Source: Candidatus Omnitrophica bacterium CG1_02_40_15
GTDB lineage: Bacteria; Omnitrophota; Gorgyraeia; Gorgyraeales; Gorgyraeaceae
DNA length: 35,115 nucleotides
Reading direction: 5' to 3'
Assembly (NCBI GenBank): GCA_001871815.1
Contig: MNVP01000085.1
Coordinates: forward strand, 1-35,115
Below the pieces are notes generated by a model. The model did no database searches, was not told the origin of the DNA, and was given only the letters and a program-made list of their open reading frames with translations. Of the stretch, positions 1 through 8,264 are shown piece after piece; the first letter of the stretch is position 1, and every line of letters begins with the position of its first letter. The position numbers and the translations under genes are program-made.

Positions 1-101
1 ACAGTAAGGCCTGTTTCCAGGTACCCTTCCAGCCTGTACCTGTCCCTTTCAGTTAGATGTTTATATTTACCGGCTTTAGTGGTACAATTTACCTGCTCCA
101 T
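1..101 (-). CDS. IS30-family transposase, N-terminal fragment (runs off window start)
   Basis: Hand translation from ATG at 101: MEQVNCTTKAGKYKHLTERDRYRLEGYLETGLT. Resembles the IS30 N-terminal HTH (YxHLTxxERxxIE). SD GAAGGAGAG upstream. Not in the ORF track because it is truncated. Confidence 0.65.
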   Translation of the reverse strand, partial: MEQVNCTTKAGKYKHLTERDRYRLEGYLETGLT

Positions 102-210
102 AGACTCTCCTTCTGTTTTTTTTGTTGGTTTTATCACCTTACAAAATAACAGATTTTAAGAGCTATGGGGCATTTTTATTTAATTATTTTTCGCACTTAC
201 GATTACAATC
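1..210 (-). mobile_element. IS30-like element, left end
   Basis: Transposase start at 101. Candidate terminal IR GATTGTAATCGTAAGTGCGAAA (minus strand, ~189-210); the other end is not visible. Confidence 0.5.
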
Positions 211-234
211 TACTCTACCCCACAACGATATCCT

Positions 235-263
235 GTAGGGACAGGACAATGTCCTGTCCCTAC
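235..263. repeat. GTAG-type REP palindrome, overlaps greA stop
   Basis: GTAGGGACAGGACA-A-TGTCCTGTCCCTAC, perfect 14-bp arms beginning GTAG. The greA TAG (260-262) lies in it. Confidence 0.85.
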
Positions 264-733
264 CTTGATATTTCTAGTATCTTATATTTCAATACACCCG
301 CAGGAACCCTGATATTGGCTATATCCCCAATTTTACAGCCTAAAAGGGCTTTTCCTACAGGAGAAGAAATAGAAATCTTGCCCTTTTCGTAATCAGCCTC
401 ATCTTCGGTTACCAGCATATAAACTACCTCTTCTTTTGAATCTATATCCACTAATTTTAATTTAGCTCCGATGTACGCCTTATCCGAAGATATATTTTCA
501 TTATCCAGGATCCTGGCTGTCAGGATCTTCTCCTCAAGTTCCCTTATCCTTTTTTCATTTATTGCCTGCGACTGCTTCGCAGAATCATATTCTGCGTTTT
601 CGCTTAGATCGCCCATTTGCCTTGCCTTTTCAAGGGCATTTGCTATTTCCTTGCGTTTTACGGTTTTCAGTATTTTTAATTCCTCTTTAAGTTTGTTACA
701 GCCATCTTTTGTCAAAAAAGTGCCTTCAGACAT
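260..733 (-). CDS. greA: Transcription elongation factor GreA
   Basis: GDLSENAEYDSAK motif, C-terminal ISISSPVGKALLG. ATG 733 has a GGGAGGG SD; the track starts at 745. Confidence 0.97.
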   Translation of the reverse strand: MSEGTFLTKDGCNKLKEELKILKTVKRKEIANALEKARQMGDLSENAEYDSAKQSQAINEKRIRELEEKILTARILDNENISSDKAYIGAKLKLVDIDSKEEVVYMLVTEDEADYEKGKISISSPVGKALLGCKIGDIANIRVPAGVLKYKILEISR

Positions 734-742
734 ATTCCCTCC

Positions 743-806
743 CAAATTTTGCGAAGCAAAATTTGATCCCGAGCCGCCTTAGTTTTTACTATCGAGCGGC
801 GAGGGA
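743..806. repeat. Two adjacent hairpins: GCGAAGC-capped palindrome and a tandem-GA hairpin overlapping alr 3' end
   Basis: CAAATTTTGC-GAA-GCAAAATTTG (743-765); TCCC-GA-GCCGC...GCGGC-GA-GGGA (767-806), which contains the alr stop. Confidence 0.8.
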
Positions 807-1919
807 CCTTTTATAAATCCTTGGAACGCGGTGGCCTATATTGCATAACACCTCGTAAGGTATCGTATTTATAAGCCTGGCCAGTTCTTCCGCTCTTATG
901 ATCTCATCACCCTGGCTGCCTATGAGAACCACCTCATCGCCTACTCTTACATTTTCTAAATGCCCCACATCTACCATGCACATATCCATACAGACCCTGC
1001 CCACTATTGGACAACGACTTCCACGTATTAAAACTTGAGCTTTATTTGAAAAATGCCTTGAATACCCATCGCCATAACCAACAGGTATTGTAGCTATCTT
1101 TGTAAGCTTAGAGGTCATATAAGTCATGCCATAACTTATACTGCGGCCCTTTGGCATTGATTTCAGATAAGTGATCTTTGTTTTTAAAGCGAGGGCCGGC
1201 TTTAAAAGTATATTTTTCATGAGGCTTTCTTTAGGGTATATGCCGTACATCATAAGGCCTGGCCTGACCATATTCATATGGCTATCTTTAAAATTTATAA
1301 GGGCAATGCTATTTGCAGTATGTTTTATAGGTATATATATGTTATTATCCCATAGCTTTTCTATAAGCCGCTTAAAATTCCCTATCTGGTTATAGGTGAA
1401 AACCTTGTCAGCCTCCGCATTTGGAAAATGCGTAAAAATCCCATCTATAATAATATTTTTTAACCCGGCTATTTTTTTTATAAATCCTATTGCCTCCTCG
1501 TGCCAGAATCCAAGACGGCCCATGCCCGTATCTATCTTCACGTGCACCTTTACTTTTTTATTCCTGGACTGGGCAAGCTTGGAAAGCCTCCTAGGGATAT
1601 CCATGTCAGAAACTGTCTGGATTACGTTGAACCTAAGAACGCCTTCTATTTCTTCGGGCAAAATAGCGCCTATGACAAGTATCGGTTTTTGTATCCCTAT
1701 CCTGCGCAATATAGCTGCTTCATCAAGAGATGCAACGCCAAAATAATCAATATAATCCTCAATTGTCTTTGAGACTTCCTTTATCCCATGGCCGTAAGCA
1801 TCTGCTTTTACGACCCCGAGTATCTGGGTATCGCTCTTAACAATATGTCCGACTATCTCCAGATTATGGCGGATGGCATCGAGATCTATTTCTGCAAATG
1901 TAGGCCTGTAGTATTTCAT
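789..1919 (-). CDS. alr: Alanine racemase
   Basis: VVKADAYGHG PLP-lysine motif, KIDTGMGRLG, PVGYGDGY, GRVCMD, TIPYE. Confidence 0.97.
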   Translation of the reverse strand: MKYYRPTFAEIDLDAIRHNLEIVGHIVKSDTQILGVVKADAYGHGIKEVSKTIEDYIDYFGVASLDEAAILRRIGIQKPILVIGAILPEEIEGVLRFNVIQTVSDMDIPRRLSKLAQSRNKKVKVHVKIDTGMGRLGFWHEEAIGFIKKIAGLKNIIIDGIFTHFPNAEADKVFTYNQIGNFKRLIEKLWDNNIYIPIKHTANSIALINFKDSHMNMVRPGLMMYGIYPKESLMKNILLKPALALKTKITYLKSMPKGRSISYGMTYMTSKLTKIATIPVGYGDGYSRHFSNKAQVLIRGSRCPIVGRVCMDMCMVDVGHLENVRVGDEVVLIGSQGDEIIRAEELARLINTIPYEVLCNIGHRVPRIYKRSLAAR

Positions 1920-1935
1920 GTTTATAGCATTGTTT

Positions 1936-1988
1936 TAGCATATAGCGTTTAGCGTATAGAGAAACTAAACGCTATACGCTATCCGCTA
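1936..1988. repeat. Family A heptamer-array hairpin (TAGCGNN)n/(NNCGCTA)n
   Basis: tagcata tagcgtt tagcgta tag-agaaa-cta aacgcta tacgcta tccgcta. Encodes the tsaB end (SG*). Confidence 0.9.
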
Positions 1989-2809
1989 TATTTTACTTGA
2001 CAATCTTCTGGATACAGATATAAAGGACTGAGTTTATCCAGATTTGTTTTTTTAGCTTTTTTGATACTTCGACGGCGCCAAACCGCAGTCTTTAGGCCGC
2101 GAACAGAAGCGCCGCTCAGTATCAACCCTGAGCCTGTCGAAAGGTTGATTTTCGAGAAACCAAGCTTTATAAGATTCCCAGCTCCTGGATACCAGTATTC
2201 TTCAAGCAAAAATGCCGACTGGCGTTTATTTTTTGCCTGCCTGCCGGCAGGCAGGCTTAATTCCGCAAAGGCTTTTACGGAATCTTGATTAATATAATTT
2301 GCTATTTTGTCTCCATAAAGACTTAGCCCATCCCCTAGAAAAACAGAATCTCTTTTTACTTTCTTCAAAAACTTTTCTATGGGCAATAGCAAATAATCTG
2401 ATAACCTCGCTACCTTGCTGCCTTTTCTCCTGTAAATAGCAGCATAAACCTGGCCCCTTTTTGCATCTATTATAGGAATAATATATCTGTCTTTTCCCTG
2501 GGCATTACAAGCAATGGAATCCATGCTAGCCACGCCGATGCATGGCTTCCCTGAGGCTATGCCAAAACCTTTTATCGTGCTGACACCTATCCTTAGCCCG
2601 GTAAATGAGCCTGGGCCAAGGCCTATTATAAAAGCGCCTATCTTATTTATAGGCGTTCTGGATTTTTTTAGGAGCTCTTTTACCTTTGGCACCAGCTGGC
2701 TGGCTTGCCTTCTATCAAGTAAATGAGATTCTTCTCTTATTATATCTTCATCTTCGCTCAATGCAATGCTCAGAAATTTTGAACTTGTATCAATGCCTAA
2801 GATCTTCAA
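1979..2809 (-). CDS. tsaB: tRNA threonylcarbamoyladenosine biosynthesis protein TsaB, with two palindromic in-frame inserts
   Basis: MKILGIDTS, GPGSFTGLRIG, IDAKRGQVY, PLYL. 276 aa, longer than usual; adjacent to tsaE. Confidence 0.93.
   Translation of the reverse strand: MKILGIDTSSKFLSIALSEDEDIIREESHLLDRRQASQLVPKVKELLKKSRTPINKIGAFIIGLGPGSFTGLRIGVSTIKGFGIASGKPCIGVASMDSIACNAQGKDRYIIPIIDAKRGQVYAAIYRRKGSKVARLSDYLLLPIEKFLKKVKRDSVFLGDGLSLYGDKIANYINQDSVKAFAELSLPAGRQAKNKRQSAFLLEEYWYPGAGNLIKLGFSKINLSTGSGLILSGASVRGLKTAVWRRRSIKKAKKTNLDKLSPLYLYPEDCQVKYSG
2061..2149. repeat. In-frame REP-like doublet inside tsaB
   Basis: TTGATAC-TTCG-ACGGCGC...GCGCCG-CTCA-GTATCAA followed by ATCAACCC-TGAG-CCTGT-CGAA-AGGTTGAT. 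Read as INLSTGSGLILSGASVRGLKTAVWRRRSIK. Confidence 0.85.
2235..2292. repeat. Second in-frame palindromic insert inside tsaB
   Basis: Perfect 22-bp palindrome GCCTGCCTGCCGGCAGGCAGGC (2235-2256) plus hairpin ATTCCG-CAAAGGCTTTTA-CGGAAT. Read as INQDSVKAFAELSLPAGRQA. Confidence 0.8.
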
Positions 2810-3209
2810 TGATTACCTTTCTCTTGTTATCGCCTTTTATCTTTAATCTCACAGATATATGCTTTTCTGGCAAAATGGATTTTATCTTTTCCGCCCATTC
2901 TATTACAGTAACGCCGTTTCCATAAATATATTCTTCTATGGCCAGATTTTCTATTTCCTTTAAATCATCCAGCCTGTATAAATCAAGATGGTATAGCGGA
3001 ATTCTTCCATTGTATTCCTTTATCAAAACAAATGTTGGGCTATTTATGCGCTTAGGATCTTTCACGCCAAGGCCTTTTCCAATGCCTTTTGTAAAAGTAG
3101 TCTTGCCGCTTCCCAGATCGCCTGAAAGCGCAATTATATCCCCTGGTCTCAGTTTCCTTGCCAGCTTCTCGCCAATTAACATTGTTTCCTTAGCGCTATT
3201 CGTTATCAT
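2790..3209 (-). CDS. tsaE: tRNA t6A biosynthesis ATPase TsaE
   Basis: GDLGSGKTT Walker A, SPTF, HLDLYRL, IEWAE. Confidence 0.96.
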   Translation of the reverse strand: MITNSAKETMLIGEKLARKLRPGDIIALSGDLGSGKTTFTKGIGKGLGVKDPKRINSPTFVLIKEYNGRIPLYHLDLYRLDDLKEIENLAIEEYIYGNGVTVIEWAEKIKSILPEKHISVRLKIKGDNKRKVIIEDLRH

Positions 3210-3223
3210 GCTTCAATATCATT

Positions 3224-3299
3224 CTTCTCGAATTCGCTCGAAGAATAATATTGTTCGAGCGAATATCCTGACTATACATGTAAGCCCAGTCGAGAACTA
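3224..3299. repeat. Family C element (CTTCTCGA..CGCTCGAAGAATAATATTGTTCGAGCG..AGTCGAGAAC)
   Basis: Core identical to the copy at 23496-23598; the left arm is minimal. Confidence 0.88.
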
Positions 3300-4202
3300 T
3301 TAGAAATGAGTAAACCCACTAGGTTTAATTTTCTCTAATTTCCCATTCTTTCTTGCAAGAAAAAACCCTTTATGTATATCGCGTATTTGACCAATTCTAG
3401 AAAGCCTTGTTTCAAACGGCCATATATCCTCCAACCTATCTGCATGCTTCTCAGGTAATGTGAAAATTAATTCGAAGTCTTCGCCATCCCTCATAGCTGA
3501 ATTAAAATCTATGGCATCCTTAGAAACAGGCATTGTTTTTTCATAGATCACTGCGCCTTTATCGCTTTCTTCTAATATATGCCCCAGGTCAGCTAAAAGG
3601 CCGTCGGATATATCTATCATTGAATTAATCTTAAAATTTTTTACTAAAAACCTCGCTTCTTCAAGCCTAGGAGTAAAATTAAGGTGCTTAAGCTTTATTG
3701 AACCGCCTATATTTCCGGTAACAAATATAGCGTCTTTTTCCTTAGCCTTGCTTCTTAACGTTAAATTTTTTATTTCTACTTCTCCGATAAGCGCAATATT
3801 AATAATTATCTTGTTAGAACCAACTGTATCCCCGCCTACTAAATCAACGCTAAACCTGTCTGCAACTTTTCTTATACCCCTATATATCTCATCAGCGTAT
3901 TTTAAATCCAGAGACCCTGGAAAACCTATTGAAATAACTGCAAATTTAGGTATGCCTCCCATTGCTGCAATGTCGCTTATATTTGAAGAAAGGGCTTTTT
4001 TCCCCACCAATCTAGCCGAAGAACCTTTATAAAAATGTTTCCCCTCTAAGAGCATATCTGTTGTAAAAAGCAGGTATTTATCTTTTGTATATTTTAAAAC
4101 AGCTGCATCATCGCCTATGCCTTTTACAACCCGGTTGGACAATCTTATTGCCTTGCTTATCCTGTTTATAAAATTAAATTCTCCTAAATCTTTTAATCTC
4201 AT
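3300..4202 (-). CDS. thiL: Thiamine-monophosphate kinase
   Basis: GIGDDAA, NISDIAAMGG, GGDT, IDISDGL, GEDFEL. Confidence 0.95.
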   Translation of the reverse strand: MRLKDLGEFNFINRISKAIRLSNRVVKGIGDDAAVLKYTKDKYLLFTTDMLLEGKHFYKGSSARLVGKKALSSNISDIAAMGGIPKFAVISIGFPGSLDLKYADEIYRGIRKVADRFSVDLVGGDTVGSNKIIINIALIGEVEIKNLTLRSKAKEKDAIFVTGNIGGSIKLKHLNFTPRLEEARFLVKNFKINSMIDISDGLLADLGHILEESDKGAVIYEKTMPVSKDAIDFNSAMRDGEDFELIFTLPEKHADRLEDIWPFETRLSRIGQIRDIHKGFFLARKNGKLEKIKPSGFTHF

Positions 4203-5277
4203 AAATGCCTTTTTCAGTTATTATGCCGGAGATCAAGCTGTGAGGAGTAACATCAAACGCGGGATTATAAACCTTTGAATCGATCGGCGCAGTCTGTTTT
4301 GAACCTGTATAAATAATCTCATCTCTATTCCTTTCTTCAATCGGAATATCCTTTCCTGATTTTATATCCTTATCTATAGTAGAGCTCGGGGCTGCTACAT
4401 AAAAAGGGATGCCGTGGTACTTTGCAAGAACTGCAAGGCCATATGTGCCTATTTTATTAGCAGCGTCTCCGTTCCTGGCAATCCTGTCTGCGCCCACTAT
4501 AATTTTTGTAACGCCTTTATTTTTTATGGCGCTGGCTGCCATATCATCGCATATGAGAGTAGCGTCTATGCGCTTCTGGATTAATTCCCACATGGTAAGG
4601 CGCGAACCCTGCATGAGAGGCCTTGTCTCATCAGCGTAAACCTTGAATCTTTTACCCTGTTTCTTAGCTTCATAGATTATTGAAAGAGCTGTGCCCTGTC
4701 CAGCTGTAGCCAGTATCCCGGCATTACAATGTGTTAATATTACATCTCCGTTTTTTATTAATTTGGCGCCGTTTTTTCCTATGGCAACGCACATCAATTT
4801 ATCTTCTTTTAAAATATCCAATGCCTCTTTTAAAATAGCTTTCTTGATTTGCGCTATTGCGTTCCTATATTCTCGACTAGCTTCGTTCACTCGAACAACA
4901 TGTCCCGAGTGAAGTCGAGGGATATTCTTCGAGCGAGGCCAAAGGCCAAGTCGAGAAGTATCAAACCTTTTCTCCATCCTATCCAGAGCCCAGAATAGAT
5001 TTACTGCCGTAGGCCTTGTAGCTCTTAATTTCAAAGAAGCCCTGGCTAAATCTTTTTTAAAACCTCTGAATGTTTTTTCTTTTGAATTAATACCAGCTAA
5101 TGCATATCCCAGGCCAACTGCCACTCCTATTAGAGGAGCGCCTCTTATCTTGAGTTTTTTTATTGCCCCGCATAATGTGTCAATATCCCTGCATTTCACA
5201 TACTTAAGTTTTACAGGAAGCTGTGTCTGGTCTATAAAAACTATATTATTATCTTTCCATTTAATGGGTTCTATCAT
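4174..5277 (-). CDS. mtnA: S-methyl-5-thioribose-1-phosphate isomerase, with ~30-aa palindromic insert
   Basis: IRGAPLIG, RPTAVNL, LTHCNAG, ETRP..QGSRLT, GADRI, NKIGTY, NPAFDVTP. Confidence 0.93.
   Translation of the reverse strand: MIEPIKWKDNNIVFIDQTQLPVKLKYVKCRDIDTLCGAIKKLKIRGAPLIGVAVGLGYALAGINSKEKTFRGFKKDLARASLKLRATRPTAVNLFWALDRMEKRFDTSRLGLWPRSKNIPRLHSGHVVRVNEASREYRNAIAQIKKAILKEALDILKEDKLMCVAIGKNGAKLIKNGDVILTHCNAGILATAGQGTALSIIYEAKKQGKRFKVYADETRPLMQGSRLTMWELIQKRIDATLICDDMAASAIKNKGVTKIIVGADRIARNGDAANKIGTYGLAVLAKYHGIPFYVAAPSSTIDKDIKSGKDIPIEERNRDEIIYTGSKQTAPIDSKVYNPAFDVTPHSLISGIITEKGIYEIKRFRRI
4870..4960. repeat. Family C element in frame inside mtnA
   Basis: TTCTCGACT..CTCGAACAA..[TCCCGAGTGAAGTCGAGGGA]..TATTCTTCGAGCG..AGTCGAGAAGTA, same orientation as 28977-29096. 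Read as TSRLGLWPRSKNIPRLHSGHVVRVNEASRE. Confidence 0.88.
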
Positions 5278-6377
5278 AATCCAAAAACCTTTGCTAAAAA
5301 ATTACGCTTCAATTCTATTGCCTTATGCGGACAAACCTCATGACAGCACATGCACTTGATGCATTTTTTCAAATCTATGCTTGAGTTTTTAGGCTCTATA
5401 GTTATAGCTAGAACTGGACAGCTGTCTTGGCATATCATGCATTTTTTGCAGAGTCCTTTATCTATATGCGGCCCAAATTTTATAAATCTTGCTGCAAATT
5501 TAGCGCAAGGCCCAAGAATGGTTATTAATCCATTCTTTCCTGGAATCTCAAAATCTTTTATTAAATTCTCTTTTACGCTTTCTCCTAATATCTCAATATT
5601 TTTTAAATCAGCTTCTCCAAGTTTTTTTGCATAAGCTTCTCTTGTTGTAATGATACTAAGAGGTTCTATGCCTGCGAGTCTCGCAAAAACAGCATCAATG
5701 GTTACGCTGTCTTCTCCTGCTATTAAAAGTCCTGGATTCCTCAATCTCCCTGAAGAAGGGCCATCCTGATCCATGGCAACTATACCATCCATTAAAACAA
5801 GGTTAGGTTTTACTATCTTAAAAGTATCTATTAAAACCTTTACAAACTCTTCCGGGCTGGGAAATTTTTTATGAAGTTCGCTTTTATGAAGCCCTGCCAC
5901 TGCGCCATACATATTCTTAATAGCTCCTGTGAGCCCCATCAGGATGTGGGTTTTCATCTTGGGTAAACTTATAATCTTATCGCATTCAAAAAAATAGTTT
6001 GCTATTGGGATACCATTAACTACTTTTATACCCTTTACATCTTTCAGCTCTACCCCAATTTCCTTTGCAAGAGACAAAATGCCGGAACCTTCATATGCTT
6101 TGGCAGGGCTAAGCGAACCGCCTGGATTATCGCCTATACAAGGCACAGCCCCGCAATCCCTGACTGATTTAACAACAGCTCTTATCACTTCGAGATGCGT
6201 GCATATCCCATCTTCAGGCAAGCGGGCTGAAAGCATATTAGGCTTAATGAGCACTTTTTCGCTTCTTTTTATAAAAGCATCCATCCCTCCTAAAAGATCG
6301 AAAGCTTTTTTTACAGCCTGCTCAACTTTAACTCTTTCATAATCCTTGCATTTTACAATCGCGATTTTTGTCTTCAT
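5274..6377 (-). CDS. DUF362-domain iron-sulfur protein with C-terminal 2x[4Fe-4S] ferredoxin domain
   Basis: KVLIKPN, LPKMKTH, TGAIKN, GPSSG; two CxxCxxCxxxCP motifs. ATG 6377 preferred over TTG 6398. Confidence 0.85.
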   Translation of the reverse strand: MKTKIAIVKCKDYERVKVEQAVKKAFDLLGGMDAFIKRSEKVLIKPNMLSARLPEDGICTHLEVIRAVVKSVRDCGAVPCIGDNPGGSLSPAKAYEGSGILSLAKEIGVELKDVKGIKVVNGIPIANYFFECDKIISLPKMKTHILMGLTGAIKNMYGAVAGLHKSELHKKFPSPEEFVKVLIDTFKIVKPNLVLMDGIVAMDQDGPSSGRLRNPGLLIAGEDSVTIDAVFARLAGIEPLSIITTREAYAKKLGEADLKNIEILGESVKENLIKDFEIPGKNGLITILGPCAKFAARFIKFGPHIDKGLCKKCMICQDSCPVLAITIEPKNSSIDLKKCIKCMCCHEVCPHKAIELKRNFLAKVFGL

Positions 6378-6393
6378 CTCTTTGCCAAGTTCA

Positions 6394-6434
6394 AACAACT
6401 TTACAAACCAACAATGTCAAAATGTAAAGTTGTT
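6394..6434. repeat. Intergenic inverted repeat overlapping the CPBP stop
   Basis: AACAACTTTACA-N17-TGTAAAGTTGTT, 12-bp arms. Confidence 0.7.
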
Positions 6435-7458
6435 AGCGGAGTAACTCCTTTATAAAGAATACAAAACCTACGATAATTGAATTATGCAATATATGAATAG
6501 ATATAGATGCGATAAGCGAGCCTGTTATTTCGTACAAAAATGCCATTAAAACGCCCAGTATCATTATCGGGAGAAAACCTACGATATTAGTATGCAGCAC
6601 GCTGAATAAAGCGCCGCTCAATAACATTCCAAGAAGCGCTCCAAAGCGCTTTTTTACAGCGTTATATAAAAATCCTCTGAAAAATATCTCCTCTATTATA
6701 GGCCCAAATATAGAAACAAATATTGTCAAAAATAAAATTACACTGCTTCTCTTTTCTTCAAAAAACATATCAAATACAGGTTGCGTTGGAGGTTTATAGC
6801 CTATTGCATCCAGAAACAGCATAGATACTATAAGAACCAAGATTAAAATAGGCATTATGAAGATATACGCGGCAATCCCGGATAAAACATTTTTATAAAA
6901 ACTCTCGAACGCAATCCCAAGACTGGATAGCTTTTCTCTGTATTTTACTAAGACAAAATACAATATCACAGCCCCTGCAATTATATCTATAAAAAATGTG
7001 CCAAACATCATACGCAGGTTAACATCCATATTAAAATGAGGCGGTTTCAAAATAAAAGAGCCTACTGTGCCAAATATATATCCTGAAAATATCACTATAA
7101 TAGCAACCCTGGCTATATCCATGATACCCCATGATACTGATTTTTTTTCTGGAATTTTATTAGGCAGTATTTTCCCCCTGCCAAAAAGGAAAAGAATATT
7201 CATCGCAATGCCCGCCATAAGCATAAGAAATCCCGCAAAAAGGCTATATCTGAAAAATATTGCGCTTGGTTTTTTTGATTCAAAAAATAATCTTATTTTT
7301 CCCTCTGTAACTCCCATATCCTTAAAGGTCATTAACGAAATGGTTTTTTTATCCGGGAGGTCTTTTTTGCGCATATGCCCTATGCTAAGCAAATTGATCC
7401 CAAATATAAAAATAACCATCCAGATATATATTCGTTCGCGTCTAATAAAATCGAGCAT
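6433..7458 (-). CDS. CPBP (Abi/CAAX) family intramembrane metalloprotease
   Basis: Multi-TM; GPIIEEIFFRG, FSVLH, HILHN motifs. Confidence 0.9.
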   Translation of the reverse strand: MLDFIRRERIYIWMVIFIFGINLLSIGHMRKKDLPDKKTISLMTFKDMGVTEGKIRLFFESKKPSAIFFRYSLFAGFLMLMAGIAMNILFLFGRGKILPNKIPEKKSVSWGIMDIARVAIIVIFSGYIFGTVGSFILKPPHFNMDVNLRMMFGTFFIDIIAGAVILYFVLVKYREKLSSLGIAFESFYKNVLSGIAAYIFIMPILILVLIVSMLFLDAIGYKPPTQPVFDMFFEEKRSSVILFLTIFVSIFGPIIEEIFFRGFLYNAVKKRFGALLGMLLSGALFSVLHTNIVGFLPIMILGVLMAFLYEITGSLIASISIHILHNSIIVGFVFFIKELLR

Positions 7459-7465
7459 AATAATA

Positions 7466-7496
7466 TAGCGTATAGCGGATAGCGTTTAGCGTATAG
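7466..7496. repeat. Family A heptamer array, single arm
   Basis: tagcgta tagcgga tagcgtt tagcgta tag; no complementary arm. Confidence 0.85.
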
Positions 7497-7499
7497 AAA

Positions 7500-8264
7500 T
7501 TAAAATTTAAATAGCTTAATTGCATTTTCTGTAGTTATTTTTGCCACTTTTTCAAAGCTAATCCCTTTTATCCTTGCAACTTCTTCTGCAGCATATTTAA
7601 CATACATAGGTTCATTACGTTTCCCCCTGAAATCCTGGGGGGCCAGAAACGGCGCATCTGTCTCAATAAGAAGCCTGCCCATAGGGACCAGTTTTACAAT
7701 TTCCCTGAGCTTATCAGAATTTTTATAAGTGATATTACAGGTAAAAGATATAAAAAATCCCATATCCAAACATGTTTTTAGAAATTTTTCATCTCCTGAA
7801 AAACAGTGCATTACTCCGCTGACTGAACTGCCTATGACATCTTTTAAGATATCAATAATATCCATATGAGCATCGCGATTATGTATTATCAAGGGGAGAT
7901 TTGCGGGTTTTGCAGTTTCAAGAAGCCTGATAAATAGTTTCTTCTGATTTTCGCGAGATGAAATATTTTTATAATAATCAAGCCCGATTTCACCTATTGC
8001 CACAACTTTCGGCTTATTAAGAAACTTCGCGAAAAGTTTAATATCATTTTCGGTTACGCTATCAGCTTCATGGGGATGAATGCCTATAGCCGCATAAATA
8101 AAATCATTCTCCCCAGCAATCCTTATAGACCTAACTGTCCCTTCCATGCTGGAACCAACATTTATGATAAACCTTATGCCGCTGTCTATGGAACGCTTTA
8201 AAACAGTGCCCATATCATCTTTAAAATCCTTAAAGTCCAGATGGCAATGCGTATCTATCAGCAT
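7500..8264 (-). CDS. tatD: TatD-family DNase
   Basis: IDTHCHL, GIHPH, IGEIGLDYY, HNRDA, HCFSG, ETDAP, RNEP. Confidence 0.93.
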   Translation of the reverse strand: MLIDTHCHLDFKDFKDDMGTVLKRSIDSGIRFIINVGSSMEGTVRSIRIAGENDFIYAAIGIHPHEADSVTENDIKLFAKFLNKPKVVAIGEIGLDYYKNISSRENQKKLFIRLLETAKPANLPLIIHNRDAHMDIIDILKDVIGSSVSGVMHCFSGDEKFLKTCLDMGFFISFTCNITYKNSDKLREIVKLVPMGRLLIETDAPFLAPQDFRGKRNEPMYVKYAAEEVARIKGISFEKVAKITTENAIKLFKF

